Below are positions 25,815-33,347 of a stretch of DNA of 64,000 nt, in pieces. The position numbers were made by a program, and so were the translations under genes. The stretch is from a virus. The notes beneath the pieces are model-generated. The model searched no databases. It was not told the origin of the DNA and worked only from the letters and a program-made list of their open reading frames with translations. The stretch lies in IMG/VR virus record IMGVR_UViG_3300037418_001469; one strand, 5' to 3'. Every line of letters begins with the position of its first letter. The stretch's first letter is position 1.

Positions 25815-26894
25815 CTACTCCTCTATCACTTCATCAGCTAGATGTTCTTCTAGGACTTCTTCGGGGACAGGTGTGTATTCGACTTCTTCATCAATAACAG
25901 GATTTAAATATGACCGAATTAATTGGTCTAATTCATACTTTAATTCAGGGTTGTTATTTAATTCTATCTTAGTATTTGCACGACCATTACCGATTCGTAA
26001 CTCTTTATACCAAAACCAACTTCCTTTTTTCTGTAAGATTCCTAATTCAGTTCCATAGTCAAGAATCTCTCCTGCTTTTGAAATTCCTTCGCCAAATTCA
26101 ATATCAACAAATGCCTCTCTAAATGGAGGAGCAACCTTGTTCTTCACTACCTTGATTTTTGTCTTCCTTGAGGTAGCGACACCTTCTGTTTTATTTATTT
26201 CGCTAGGTCTAACTTCCAAACGAATAGTAGAGTAGAATTTTAATGCTCTACCACCAGGAGTAGTCTCTGGATTTCCAAACATAATACCAACCTTTTCACG
26301 AATTTGATTAATGAATAGCAAGTTTGTTCCCGACCTATTACATGCGTATGCTAGTTTTTTTAATGAAGATGACATTAACCTTGCTATTTCACCAACAAAA
26401 TTATCTCCAATATCTCCATCTAGTTCTCGTTTTGTAATCATAGCAGGCACAGAGTCAACGACTACCATATCACAAATACCTGAATTAATCCAACGCTCTG
26501 CAATTTGTAAAATTTCTTCACCTGTATCAGGTTGTGCTACTATTAAGTCTTTAATATTAACTCCTAATGCCTCAGCATAATTAATATCAAGCGCATTCTC
26601 TGCATCTATAAAGACACACACACCGCCTTCACTTTGTGCCTCAGCAATTGCATGCAAAGCTACAGTTGTTTTGCCTGACGATTCAGGACCGTATATTTCT
26701 ATGATTCTACCTTTTGGATTTCCACCGCCAGTGATTTCATCAATCGTATAACTTCCAAAACTCATTCTAGGAATCTTTACTGCTTTCGCATCACCTAATA
26801 CTTGTGAACCATGAACACCAAAATCTTTTGCAATAGATTGTAGTGTTGCCTCAAAAATCTTTTGCCTTTTTTCATCGCTAAATACTTTTCTCAA
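25815..26894 (-). CDS. recA: RecA recombinase
   Basis: GRIIEIYGPESSGKTT, FIDAE, VVVDSV, FINQIREKVG.MFGNPETTPGGRALKFY, KNKVAPP. Confidence 0.97.
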   Translation of the reverse strand: MRKVFSDEKRQKIFEATLQSIAKDFGVHGSQVLGDAKAVKIPRMSFGSYTIDEITGGGNPKGRIIEIYGPESSGKTTVALHAIAEAQSEGGVCVFIDAENALDINYAEALGVNIKDLIVAQPDTGEEILQIAERWINSGICDMVVVDSVPAMITKRELDGDIGDNFVGEIARLMSSSLKKLAYACNRSGTNLLFINQIREKVGIMFGNPETTPGGRALKFYSTIRLEVRPSEINKTEGVATSRKTKIKVVKNKVAPPFREAFVDIEFGEGISKAGEILDYGTELGILQKKGSWFWYKELRIGNGRANTKIELNNNPELKYELDQLIRSYLNPVIDEEVEYTPVPEEVLEEHLADEVIEE

Positions 26895-26930
26895 TTCAGT
26901 GAACCTCCTTATGTAGTGGGTACATTTTGA

Positions 26931-26959
26931 ATTATAATTATCTTATAATAAAATGTCAA
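26931..26959 (-). promoter_or_regulatory. sigmaA-type promoter for recA
   Basis: cccTTGACA-N17-TATAAT. Confidence 0.8.
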
Positions 26960-26969
26960 GGGTAAACTT

Positions 26970-27251
26970 TTAATCTTGTATAATAACTCCTGCTAGCCTA
27001 TAAACAAACTTCTCTCTACCTACCGAATCTACAACAATTATCCTGTCATATTTTTTGTCAGTTATTTCATTTTCACCTAAGAAAAGTATTTCTTCTCTGT
27101 CGGCAGACCATCTTGTTTCGCTAGGTGGCAACATGTGTGTTCTGTGTACTCCACGGATGTTAAATTCGCTATCTTTGTTGACTTCAAAAAAATCCTCTAG
27201 CATTTCAATGTATTCTCTAGGCACAGTTACCAAATGTTGTGACTTATCCAT
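26970..27251 (-). CDS. Hypothetical protein
   Basis: TAATG-coupled to the upstream gene. Confidence 0.65.
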   Translation of the reverse strand: MDKSQHLVTVPREYIEMLEDFFEVNKDSEFNIRGVHRTHMLPPSETRWSADREEILFLGENEITDKKYDRIIVVDSVGREKFVYRLAGVIIQD

Positions 27252-27943
27252 TAGATAATCTCCTCCAATTTCGCTTTAATTAGATTGATAGAAATTTTTT
27301 CATCATGATATACAACGAAAAGTGAAATATGTTGTGATTCTAACATTTCTGATTTCTGCCAATCATTCTCTTGTCCTTTTACAAAATCCGCTTTACTAGA
27401 ATGGAAGAAATTTGAAAATTCGCTGTGTTGTGTTCCATGTACTTCGCAAGCTATGTTTAAATGTGGGAGCAACCAATCAATCCACAGTTTTCCAATAGGC
27501 ACTTCTTCTTCTATCTTCTGATGTGGAAATATGTATTTTAGTACTCTGCCTACTAAATAGTGACCTTTAGAACAATGAAAATTTCCATCTTCATATTCCT
27601 TTGTCCATTGCTCTACTAAGTCATTATCGTCAGGCTCAACTTTATAATAACCTTTTTTCTTGCGAAGTTCCATTCTGTAAGCAATGTGTTCTATTTGCCA
27701 TTTTTGCGCATTCAACGCCTCAGATATAATCTGATTAGGCAGGTGTGGATAAACAGTGTTAATGTATTTTACTTCTTCTGCTGTCCAATCACGCTTTGCA
27801 GGGTCTTGTTTCTCCAATCCTAATTCCTCTGCTTTCTTTTGTACAAATGAATATGGCAATTTCATAATTTTTGCTACATCTTCATCGGAATTATAAGGAT
27901 AAAGTTTTTTAAATTTATTTTCCATATTTTTAGAGAAGTACAT
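27251..27943 (-). CDS. Protein with tandem HTH-like repeats and a C-terminal DUF559/Vsr-like endonuclease domain
   Basis: Two WT..E..Y....YP....I...L-type repeats; IDWLLP..NIACEVHG.QH....FF...D..K. Confidence 0.65.
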   Translation of the reverse strand: MYFSKNMENKFKKLYPYNSDEDVAKIMKLPYSFVQKKAEELGLEKQDPAKRDWTAEEVKYINTVYPHLPNQIISEALNAQKWQIEHIAYRMELRKKKGYYKVEPDDNDLVEQWTKEYEDGNFHCSKGHYLVGRVLKYIFPHQKIEEEVPIGKLWIDWLLPHLNIACEVHGTQHSEFSNFFHSSKADFVKGQENDWQKSEMLESQHISLFVVYHDEKISINLIKAKLEEII

Positions 27944-28104
27944 TATTCCACTTCCTTTTTTGTTTCAGTCCAACATCTTTTACATACACCAATTGAATAT
28001 TTTTTATTGTCTCTCATATCAACTATTGTATATCTGTAAGAGTTGTCATGACCTAGTACTTTACAAAGAGTAATCTTTTTAATCCATTCCAATTTATTAG
28101 GCAT
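27943..28104 (-). CDS. 53-aa putative zinc-binding protein (DUF1660-like), not in the ORF track
   Basis: MPNKLEWIKKITLCKVLGHD...GVCKRCWTETKKEVE; AGGAGG RBS; TAATG overlap with the next gene. Confidence 0.75.
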   Translation of the reverse strand: MPNKLEWIKKITLCKVLGHDNSYRYTIVDMRDNKKYSIGVCKRCWTETKKEVE

Positions 28105-28106
28105 TG

Positions 28107-29042
28107 TTAATCGCCTCCTAGGTCTAATTTAACACCACTTAGTAAATCACTTAAGAAATCATTAGCAGACATTTCATCCACCTTAGCTTTTTTTGCCATC
28201 TTTTCTTTAGCAATTTCTATAGCCTTAATTTTCATCTCTTCTACCTTTTCTAATCTTAGTTCTTCACCAACTTCATCTTGTTTCTTGATGAATTGTTGTT
28301 TGTAGTAGTCGAGTCCAATCATCATGTGACTAACTTTCTTTTTTTCAAACTTCAACCACATTAGCGACCTCATTCCATCTTTAGGTGGGTTAACCTTAGT
28401 CCAATAGTAAATACTTGCTAGTACTTGGTCAGTTCTCCACTCTACAAGTAAATCTTTTAACATTTTCATTTGTTGTGGAAAGAATGCTTTTGATTGTTTT
28501 GTTTTAAGTTGTGCTAATGGTAAAAACCATTCAACTAAAACTCTTCTAGCTAATTTACCTAGTTGTTCATCATTTAGTTTATGATTTTCATTTGGTAATG
28601 ATATAGAATTAATATCATTATAAAATAAATTATAATCTTTAAAATCTTTATAAATAATATTATTTATAATATTACTTGTTTCTGTGTGGTCAACTTTGGG
28701 ACTAGAATCGTCTTCAAACCTTGTTCCAACAGCCTTTTGATAACCGTTCATGACGACTTCCTTGTTTTCTATAGGGTCAACTTTGGGACTATCAACTTTG
28801 GACACCTTATATGTGTTTGGGTGATTGCCCTTACCTGTGGCAATTTGCTCAATTATAGAGTTGTCCAATAATTCTTGCAATCCTCTTTTAACTGAATTTC
28901 TAGGAATACCTGAATCGTCAACAATGTTGTTCATGGATATTCTTATTACTCCATCTGATTTGGATTTCTCATGCAAATACAATAGTACTTTCAATGCCGA
29001 AATAGTGTCAATTTTTTGTAACGTTGTAATAGGAATCGACAT
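28107..29042 (-). CDS. Probable replication initiator (N-terminal winged HTH)
   Basis: LKVLLYL...ISMNNIVDDSGIPRNSVKRGLQEL....I...G...N.Y; internal direct repeats and AT-rich tract as in lambda O-type initiators. Confidence 0.75.
   Translation of the reverse strand: MSIPITTLQKIDTISALKVLLYLHEKSKSDGVIRISMNNIVDDSGIPRNSVKRGLQELLDNSIIEQIATGKGNHPNTYKVSKVDSPKVDPIENKEVVMNGYQKAVGTRFEDDSSPKVDHTETSNIINNIIYKDFKDYNLFYNDINSISLPNENHKLNDEQLGKLARRVLVEWFLPLAQLKTKQSKAFFPQQMKMLKDLLVEWRTDQVLASIYYWTKVNPPKDGMRSLMWLKFEKKKVSHMMIGLDYYKQQFIKKQDEVGEELRLEKVEEMKIKAIEIAKEKMAKKAKVDEMSANDFLSDLLSGVKLDLGGD
28600..28803. other. Putative replication origin inside the initiator gene
   Basis: GGTCAACTTTGGGACTA at 28688-28704 and 28775-28791, partial TCAACTTTGGAC at 28792-28803; adjacent AT-rich tract with a 22-bp palindrome at 28648-28669. 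Confidence 0.65.
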
Positions 29043-29079
29043 TAGTCACACTCCTTCCTGCTTTTTATAATACAGTTGA

Positions 29080-29108
29080 ATTATAACATGTTATGGGAAT
29101 TAAGTCAA
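29080..29108 (-). promoter_or_regulatory. sigmaA-type promoter for the initiator
   Basis: cccTTGACT-N17-TATAAT with TGn. Confidence 0.8.
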
Positions 29109-29112
29109 GGGT

Positions 29113-29143
29113 AAAAGAAAACACCCCCACGAAACCGTGGGAG
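29113..29143 (-). terminator. Rho-independent terminator after phoH
   Basis: CTCCCACG-GTTT-CGTGGGGG followed by TGTTTTCTTTT. Confidence 0.75.
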
Positions 29144-29152
29144 CGATATGTA

Positions 29153-30508
29153 TTATTCGTAGAAACTTGATGCCCAAGCACTCAACTCGGAACGGAAATT
29201 TGAATCCAATAGAATATAGGTAGACTTGTCAAAAGCTGACTCTAGTGAGCGTGCTCTCTCTGCCCATACTCGTAATCCATTATTCTCTGAATCTAATCGT
29301 GGATTATCAATCTGAGATAAATCTCCACTAAGGATAATTTTAGTATTTTTTCCTGCACGAGTCAAGATAGTCTTAATAGCTTCGGCAGTATAGTTCTGTG
29401 CTTCATCAATATGTATAATTGTATTAGGAATACTTCTACCACGCATATGAGTTACTACATCTAGTTCAATTCGTCCTTCAATACCTTCGGGCATATCCAT
29501 TCCACTGGCTGTTAATTCTGTCATAGTATCTTTAAAACTTTCAAACCAAGGGCTCATTTTTTCTTCCTTAGTTCCAGGTAACAGACCTAGTTCATCACCA
29601 ATCTCCACCATAGGTTTAATCAGAATGTATCTATCAAACAAACCTTGTTTTAATAGATTAAGTACACATGCAGTTGTTACATAGTTTTTACCTGCTCCTG
29701 CAACTCGTGACAAGATAAAATGCACATATTTATCTTCTGACATAATATCATTCATAAGGAAGTTTTGTCGTGCGTCTTGTGGTATTACAGCCTCACCACC
29801 TGCTACCCAAATAGGTACACCTTTCTTCCAATCATGAATAGTCTCTAATCTCTTATGTATAGCGTTATATGTAGTTAATACTTGATGGTCGTAATTCATT
29901 TCATCAACCATGAATACATGTTCACCATTAACATATGGTAGCTCAATATTAAAATACTGGTTGGCTCTAGTTATAAGCAATGTTTTAGTAGGCATTACCA
30001 AGTTAACAACACCAGTGTTAATTTCGTTTAATCCTGTGTCAATAATCTTGTATTGCTTTGATTTTAAGTTTTTTAATTCTAGTTGTTTCTTTACACTCCT
30101 AGCCTCCACACGAACATTCACATCATTACTATGTAGAACTACTTTTGCATTAGGATTGTTCTTAGCGTATCCTACTGCTACTGATATAATTTTATTATCA
30201 GCTTTCTCAGGTTCATCACAAGGAAATTCATACTGATAGTTTCCTTCAATAACTAAGTAGCTACCCTTTGTTTCTAGGGGCATAAATTCTTCATCTTCAA
30301 ATTCCTCTGTAATTTCGTCTAAAAGCCAAGAGGCTTTACGAACTACAGACCTAACATTACCTTCTCTTTTATTCTTAAGTCCATCTAGTTCACCAATAAC
30401 TACTCGTGGCAATACTACTAGTGTATTTGGAAATTTTAAAATAGCCTTATAATCGTCAGCCAAGACATTAGTATCAAGAACAACGATTTTTTCAAATTCC
30501 ATTTCCAT
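29153..30508 (-). CDS. phoH: PIN-domain + PhoH ATPase protein (PhoH2/YlaK type)
   Basis: VLDTNVL, ELDGLK, DNKII, SNDVNVR (PIN); G.LPG..EEKM.PW, MRGRS, IDEAQN, TRAG, GDLSQID (PhoH). Confidence 0.92.
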   Translation of the reverse strand: MEMEFEKIVVLDTNVLADDYKAILKFPNTLVVLPRVVIGELDGLKNKREGNVRSVVRKASWLLDEITEEFEDEEFMPLETKGSYLVIEGNYQYEFPCDEPEKADNKIISVAVGYAKNNPNAKVVLHSNDVNVRVEARSVKKQLELKNLKSKQYKIIDTGLNEINTGVVNLVMPTKTLLITRANQYFNIELPYVNGEHVFMVDEMNYDHQVLTTYNAIHKRLETIHDWKKGVPIWVAGGEAVIPQDARQNFLMNDIMSEDKYVHFILSRVAGAGKNYVTTACVLNLLKQGLFDRYILIKPMVEIGDELGLLPGTKEEKMSPWFESFKDTMTELTASGMDMPEGIEGRIELDVVTHMRGRSIPNTIIHIDEAQNYTAEAIKTILTRAGKNTKIILSGDLSQIDNPRLDSENNGLRVWAERARSLESAFDKSTYILLDSNFRSELSAWASSFYE

Positions 30509-30536
30509 TGACTTCAACTCCTAAGTTGTATTATAT

Positions 30537-30562
30537 AAAAGAGGAGGGCTTGTTTGCCCTCG
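30537..30562 (-). terminator. Hairpin/terminator between the phoH promoter and phoH start
   Basis: GAGGGC-AAACAA-GCCCTC-CTCTTTT. Confidence 0.55.
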
Positions 30563-30579
30563 TTTTATATTATATCTAT

Positions 30580-30608
30580 ATTATACATAGAAATATCAAA
30601 AATGTCAA
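30580..30608 (-). promoter_or_regulatory. sigmaA-type promoter
   Basis: ccTTGACA-N17-TATAAT. Confidence 0.8.
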
Positions 30609-30613
30609 GGACA

Positions 30614-30862
30614 CTATTTCTTTCTAATATTTTGAACTGAGTAGAACCCACCTGCTGACATTCCTGCTAGGAGACCTGCCCATATTAGTTCTGTTATTGT
30701 TGCTGATACAAAAGGTAGCCCACTTGCAAGAGGAGAAACGATAACTCCAATAGCCACAGGGATTAGTGCATGGTATTTACTAGGAATATATTTTTTTCCA
30801 AGACTTGTTAATCCTGTTATCACTGGAATCAGAAATGTCATCAATAGAAATATATTTTCCAA
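30614..30862 (-). CDS. Holin
   Basis: 82 aa, three hydrophobic segments, IP..Y..LIP..IG and GLLAG.SA.G.Y pattern, basic C-terminus, next to endolysin. Confidence 0.8.
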   Translation of the reverse strand: MENIFLLMTFLIPVITGLTSLGKKYIPSKYHALIPVAIGVIVSPLASGLPFVSATITELIWAGLLAGMSAGGFYSVQNIRKK

Positions 30863-30868
30863 GTTAAA

Positions 30869-31876
30869 CTACTCCTTTACTATTTTAATTTCTTTTACCT
30901 TGTTCATGTTTTGTTCAATAAACAACAGAACATTATTGTCTTCTGCTAAAGTGTGGACTTTCTTTCCATCTATATAGATTGCATGATTTCCAGTTGGCTT
31001 AGGCTTGCTTGCTTGGGCTTTCTCTTTTGCTTTCTTTTCTGCCTCGGCTTTTTCTTTTAATAGTTTTACCATCTTAGCTTTTGTGCTAGGACCGTAGATA
31101 CCATCAGCCTCTAGTTTTTCTTTCTTTTGGAAATCTTTTAGTGCGTCTACTGTTTCTCCGCCAAAATCTCCATCTGCACCAAACTTAGGTAGCTTATAAC
31201 CTAATTCTAACAGTGCCTTTTGAATCAATTTTACTTCTGACTCATTTTTGTGACCTGACTTAATAACACCATTTGGTAAATTCATATTATCTTCTCCTTC
31301 TTTTGGTTTTTCTTCTTTCTTTTCTCCGTCATTTACTATGACTTGCTTTTCTTCTACTAACTTAATCCACCAATCATAGTCAATACCTGACCCAGGGCAT
31401 GTTTTAGGAACTTTTCCGTTTAACAGTTGTTGTCTATGAAACTCAGTTTTTACACCTTTTCCGAACCAATATTGACAAACTTTTAGAGCTGAGTCTAATT
31501 GTGCTCCTTCAAATTTGTCTCCACCTTTATCGAAATTTCCAATCATTTCAAACATAAATGGGTGGGCATTTTCGTTTCCATTATGAGTCTTTGCTGATGC
31601 AGGCATTTTGTTTATATCTCTACCTGTTACAATCTTTCCATCCATACCAATTGTGATGTGTTGTGCAATATCTCCCCACCCTAAACCAATATGATAACTT
31701 CTCATGTTAGCGTGTAGTTTTTCTGTTGTATACCCTTTCGCATAATGAGAATGATTCGGTGAGTATGTGTGGTGCATATGAACTTCTGTTATAATGTCAT
31801 ATACATCTACTTTTTCTAGCCATTTAACAAATTCATCACCATTATTAAAGACTAGATTGGATTGCCATTTTGTCAT
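30869..31876 (-). CDS. Endolysin: N-acetylmuramoyl-L-alanine amidase (Amidase_2) + peptidoglycan-binding domain
   Basis: HMHHT, GWGDIAQH, EMIGNFD, H...KTCPG; LQ/IQKAL..LGY...GADGDFG.ET..A.K.FQ...L.ADGIYGP.T. Confidence 0.92.
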   Translation of the reverse strand: MTKWQSNLVFNNGDEFVKWLEKVDVYDIITEVHMHHTYSPNHSHYAKGYTTEKLHANMRSYHIGLGWGDIAQHITIGMDGKIVTGRDINKMPASAKTHNGNENAHPFMFEMIGNFDKGGDKFEGAQLDSALKVCQYWFGKGVKTEFHRQQLLNGKVPKTCPGSGIDYDWWIKLVEEKQVIVNDGEKKEEKPKEGEDNMNLPNGVIKSGHKNESEVKLIQKALLELGYKLPKFGADGDFGGETVDALKDFQKKEKLEADGIYGPSTKAKMVKLLKEKAEAEKKAKEKAQASKPKPTGNHAIYIDGKKVHTLAEDNNVLLFIEQNMNKVKEIKIVKE

Positions 31877-31879
31877 TTT

Positions 31880-32209
31880 TTATTCCTCCTTCTTATTCTT
31901 TGTTTCTATTTTAAGGTCAAAAAGCAATAGTACACCACTTAGCGCTATTAAAACTTTCACTAAAAACCAATTCTGACTCTCTAACATTATCTTAAAAGCC
32001 ATATCATTTCCTGTTATAGACATAAGTGCTGTTATACCAAAATACACACTTTCTATAAATAAAGCTAATGATGCTATTGTTAGTGGAAATAGTAACGAAG
32101 GTCTATGTGTATTTGTCTTAGATGTTGCTATAATTACTCTTAATAATTGAAAGAAAACTGAACCCCATGATAACACAGATATAATATATATAAATAGAAC
32201 CCACAGCAA
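31880..32209 (-). CDS. Membrane protein (3 predicted TM segments)
   Basis: Hydrophobic stretches; probable TTG start after AAAGAGGTG. Confidence 0.65.
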   Translation of the reverse strand: MLWVLFIYIISVLSWGSVFFQLLRVIIATSKTNTHRPSLLFPLTIASLALFIESVYFGITALMSITGNDMAFKIMLESQNWFLVKVLIALSGVLLLFDLKIETKNKKEE

Positions 32210-32210
32210 A

Positions 32211-32447
32211 TCAATGCACCTCTTTCTTATGATGTTTATTGTTGTTAATAGAAGATAAACTTTCATTGATAGTTCTAATAGAAGTTAGAATCTCGTCATA
32301 TTGTTGCATTTTAGGCTCACTAGCTTTAGCTTTCATATATACTACACGCTGTTGTGCTTTTTTCTTTCTAGCCCTTATGTCATATTCGTATCTCAGTATT
32401 ACTCCTACTGTTATTCCCATTACCAAATACATTAAATGTAATATCAT
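32211..32447 (-). CDS. Small membrane-anchored protein
   Basis: N-terminal TM segment, basic soluble tail; ATGA overlap with the upstream gene. Confidence 0.65.
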   Translation of the reverse strand: MILHLMYLVMGITVGVILRYEYDIRARKKKAQQRVVYMKAKASEPKMQQYDEILTSIRTINESLSSINNNKHHKKEVH

Positions 32448-32716
32448 CTGTTACCACCGCCATTAATATTGTTGGCTGTCATTACAGTATGTAATATTTT
32501 AATAGTGAGCAACATCTCTTGCGAAATTTCTGCTTGCTTATTACTAGCCAACTCAATCCTATCTAATCCTTCTTCAATCTGGTCTAGTCTAGACTGTATA
32601 TTTTCCCCTTTTCCCCAATTCTTATCTAGTCTCCACAGTGCCCACCCTGCTACAACTATAGGGAATCCAAACTGCTTAACTGCATCCATAATAAGTTTAA
32701 AAACCTCTTCAACCAT
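32444..32716 (-). CDS. YvrJ/BhlA-like holin-type protein (1 TM + coiled coil)
   Basis: QFGFPIVVAGWALWRLDK followed by a coiled coil; sits in the lysis cluster. Confidence 0.6.
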   Translation of the reverse strand: MVEEVFKLIMDAVKQFGFPIVVAGWALWRLDKNWGKGENIQSRLDQIEEGLDRIELASNKQAEISQEMLLTIKILHTVMTANNINGGGNR

Positions 32717-32740
32717 AGATACCAACCTCTTTCCTATTGA

Positions 32741-33280
32741 TTATGTAGTGTCGTCCTTCTTCCACACACCTGCTACTTTTACCCATACAGTTTTAGACTT
32801 CTTCCATACACCTGCTACTTTTACCCACGCAACACCTTTGTCCCAATCACCCGAATGTTTGACCCACATCTTTCCACTTACTTCTATTGTATTTAGTGTA
32901 AAAGTCGTTTGAGCTAAATCAACTCTACCATAATATGTGCCACTCAAAGTAACCTCAACATCAAAATACCCATCAAGTGAGAATGAACCTTCACCAGTAG
33001 TGGTATTATGTTGTATTGTAAAGGTTATCCTATGTATTTCTTTTTTTTCACCATCATTGATTGAAGCTAGATATGCTCCTGACGCTGTATTCCATGTTCC
33101 ACCATTATACTGTATAGCACAGGTCTTAGTGGCTGTTGAACGAACTGCATATGTTCCACCCCAATATAGAATAGCAGTTACAGTAGAGGTTTTTGCAGTA
33201 GTGTTTTGTGTAGCTGACCAATCTAATTGTAAATACCAATCTGTATTAACAATGGTTTTAATCTTTCCACTCAATGCCAT
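32741..33280 (-). CDS. Minor tail/fibre-associated protein
   Basis: L.L.WSATQN...N/TS.VT siphophage structural pattern; C-terminal WVKV.G.WK repeats. Confidence 0.65.
   Translation of the reverse strand: MALSGKIKTIVNTDWYLQLDWSATQNTTAKTSTVTAILYWGGTYAVRSTATKTCAIQYNGGTWNTASGAYLASINDGEKKEIHRITFTIQHNTTTGEGSFSLDGYFDVEVTLSGTYYGRVDLAQTTFTLNTIEVSGKMWVKHSGDWDKGVAWVKVAGVWKKSKTVWVKVAGVWKKDDTT
32756..32827. repeat. 30-bp direct repeat with 42-bp period (encodes WVKVAGVWKK twice)
   Basis: cttcttcca(c/t)acacctgctacttttaccca occurs twice. Confidence 0.85.
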
Positions 33281-33309
33281 CTATTGAACTCCTTTCCTGT
33301 TTATATGCA

Positions 33310-33335
33310 GGGTAGCATTGTAATTAATACTACCC
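33310..33335. terminator. Intergenic hairpin
   Basis: GGGTAG...CTACCC. Confidence 0.45.
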
Positions 33336-33347
33336 ATTAACAACATA

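Noticed and set aside
8250-26894. Inteins or introns in nrdJ, dnaE, dnaB or recA
   Set aside because: The ORFs are continuous and of normal length, with no intein splice motifs recognised
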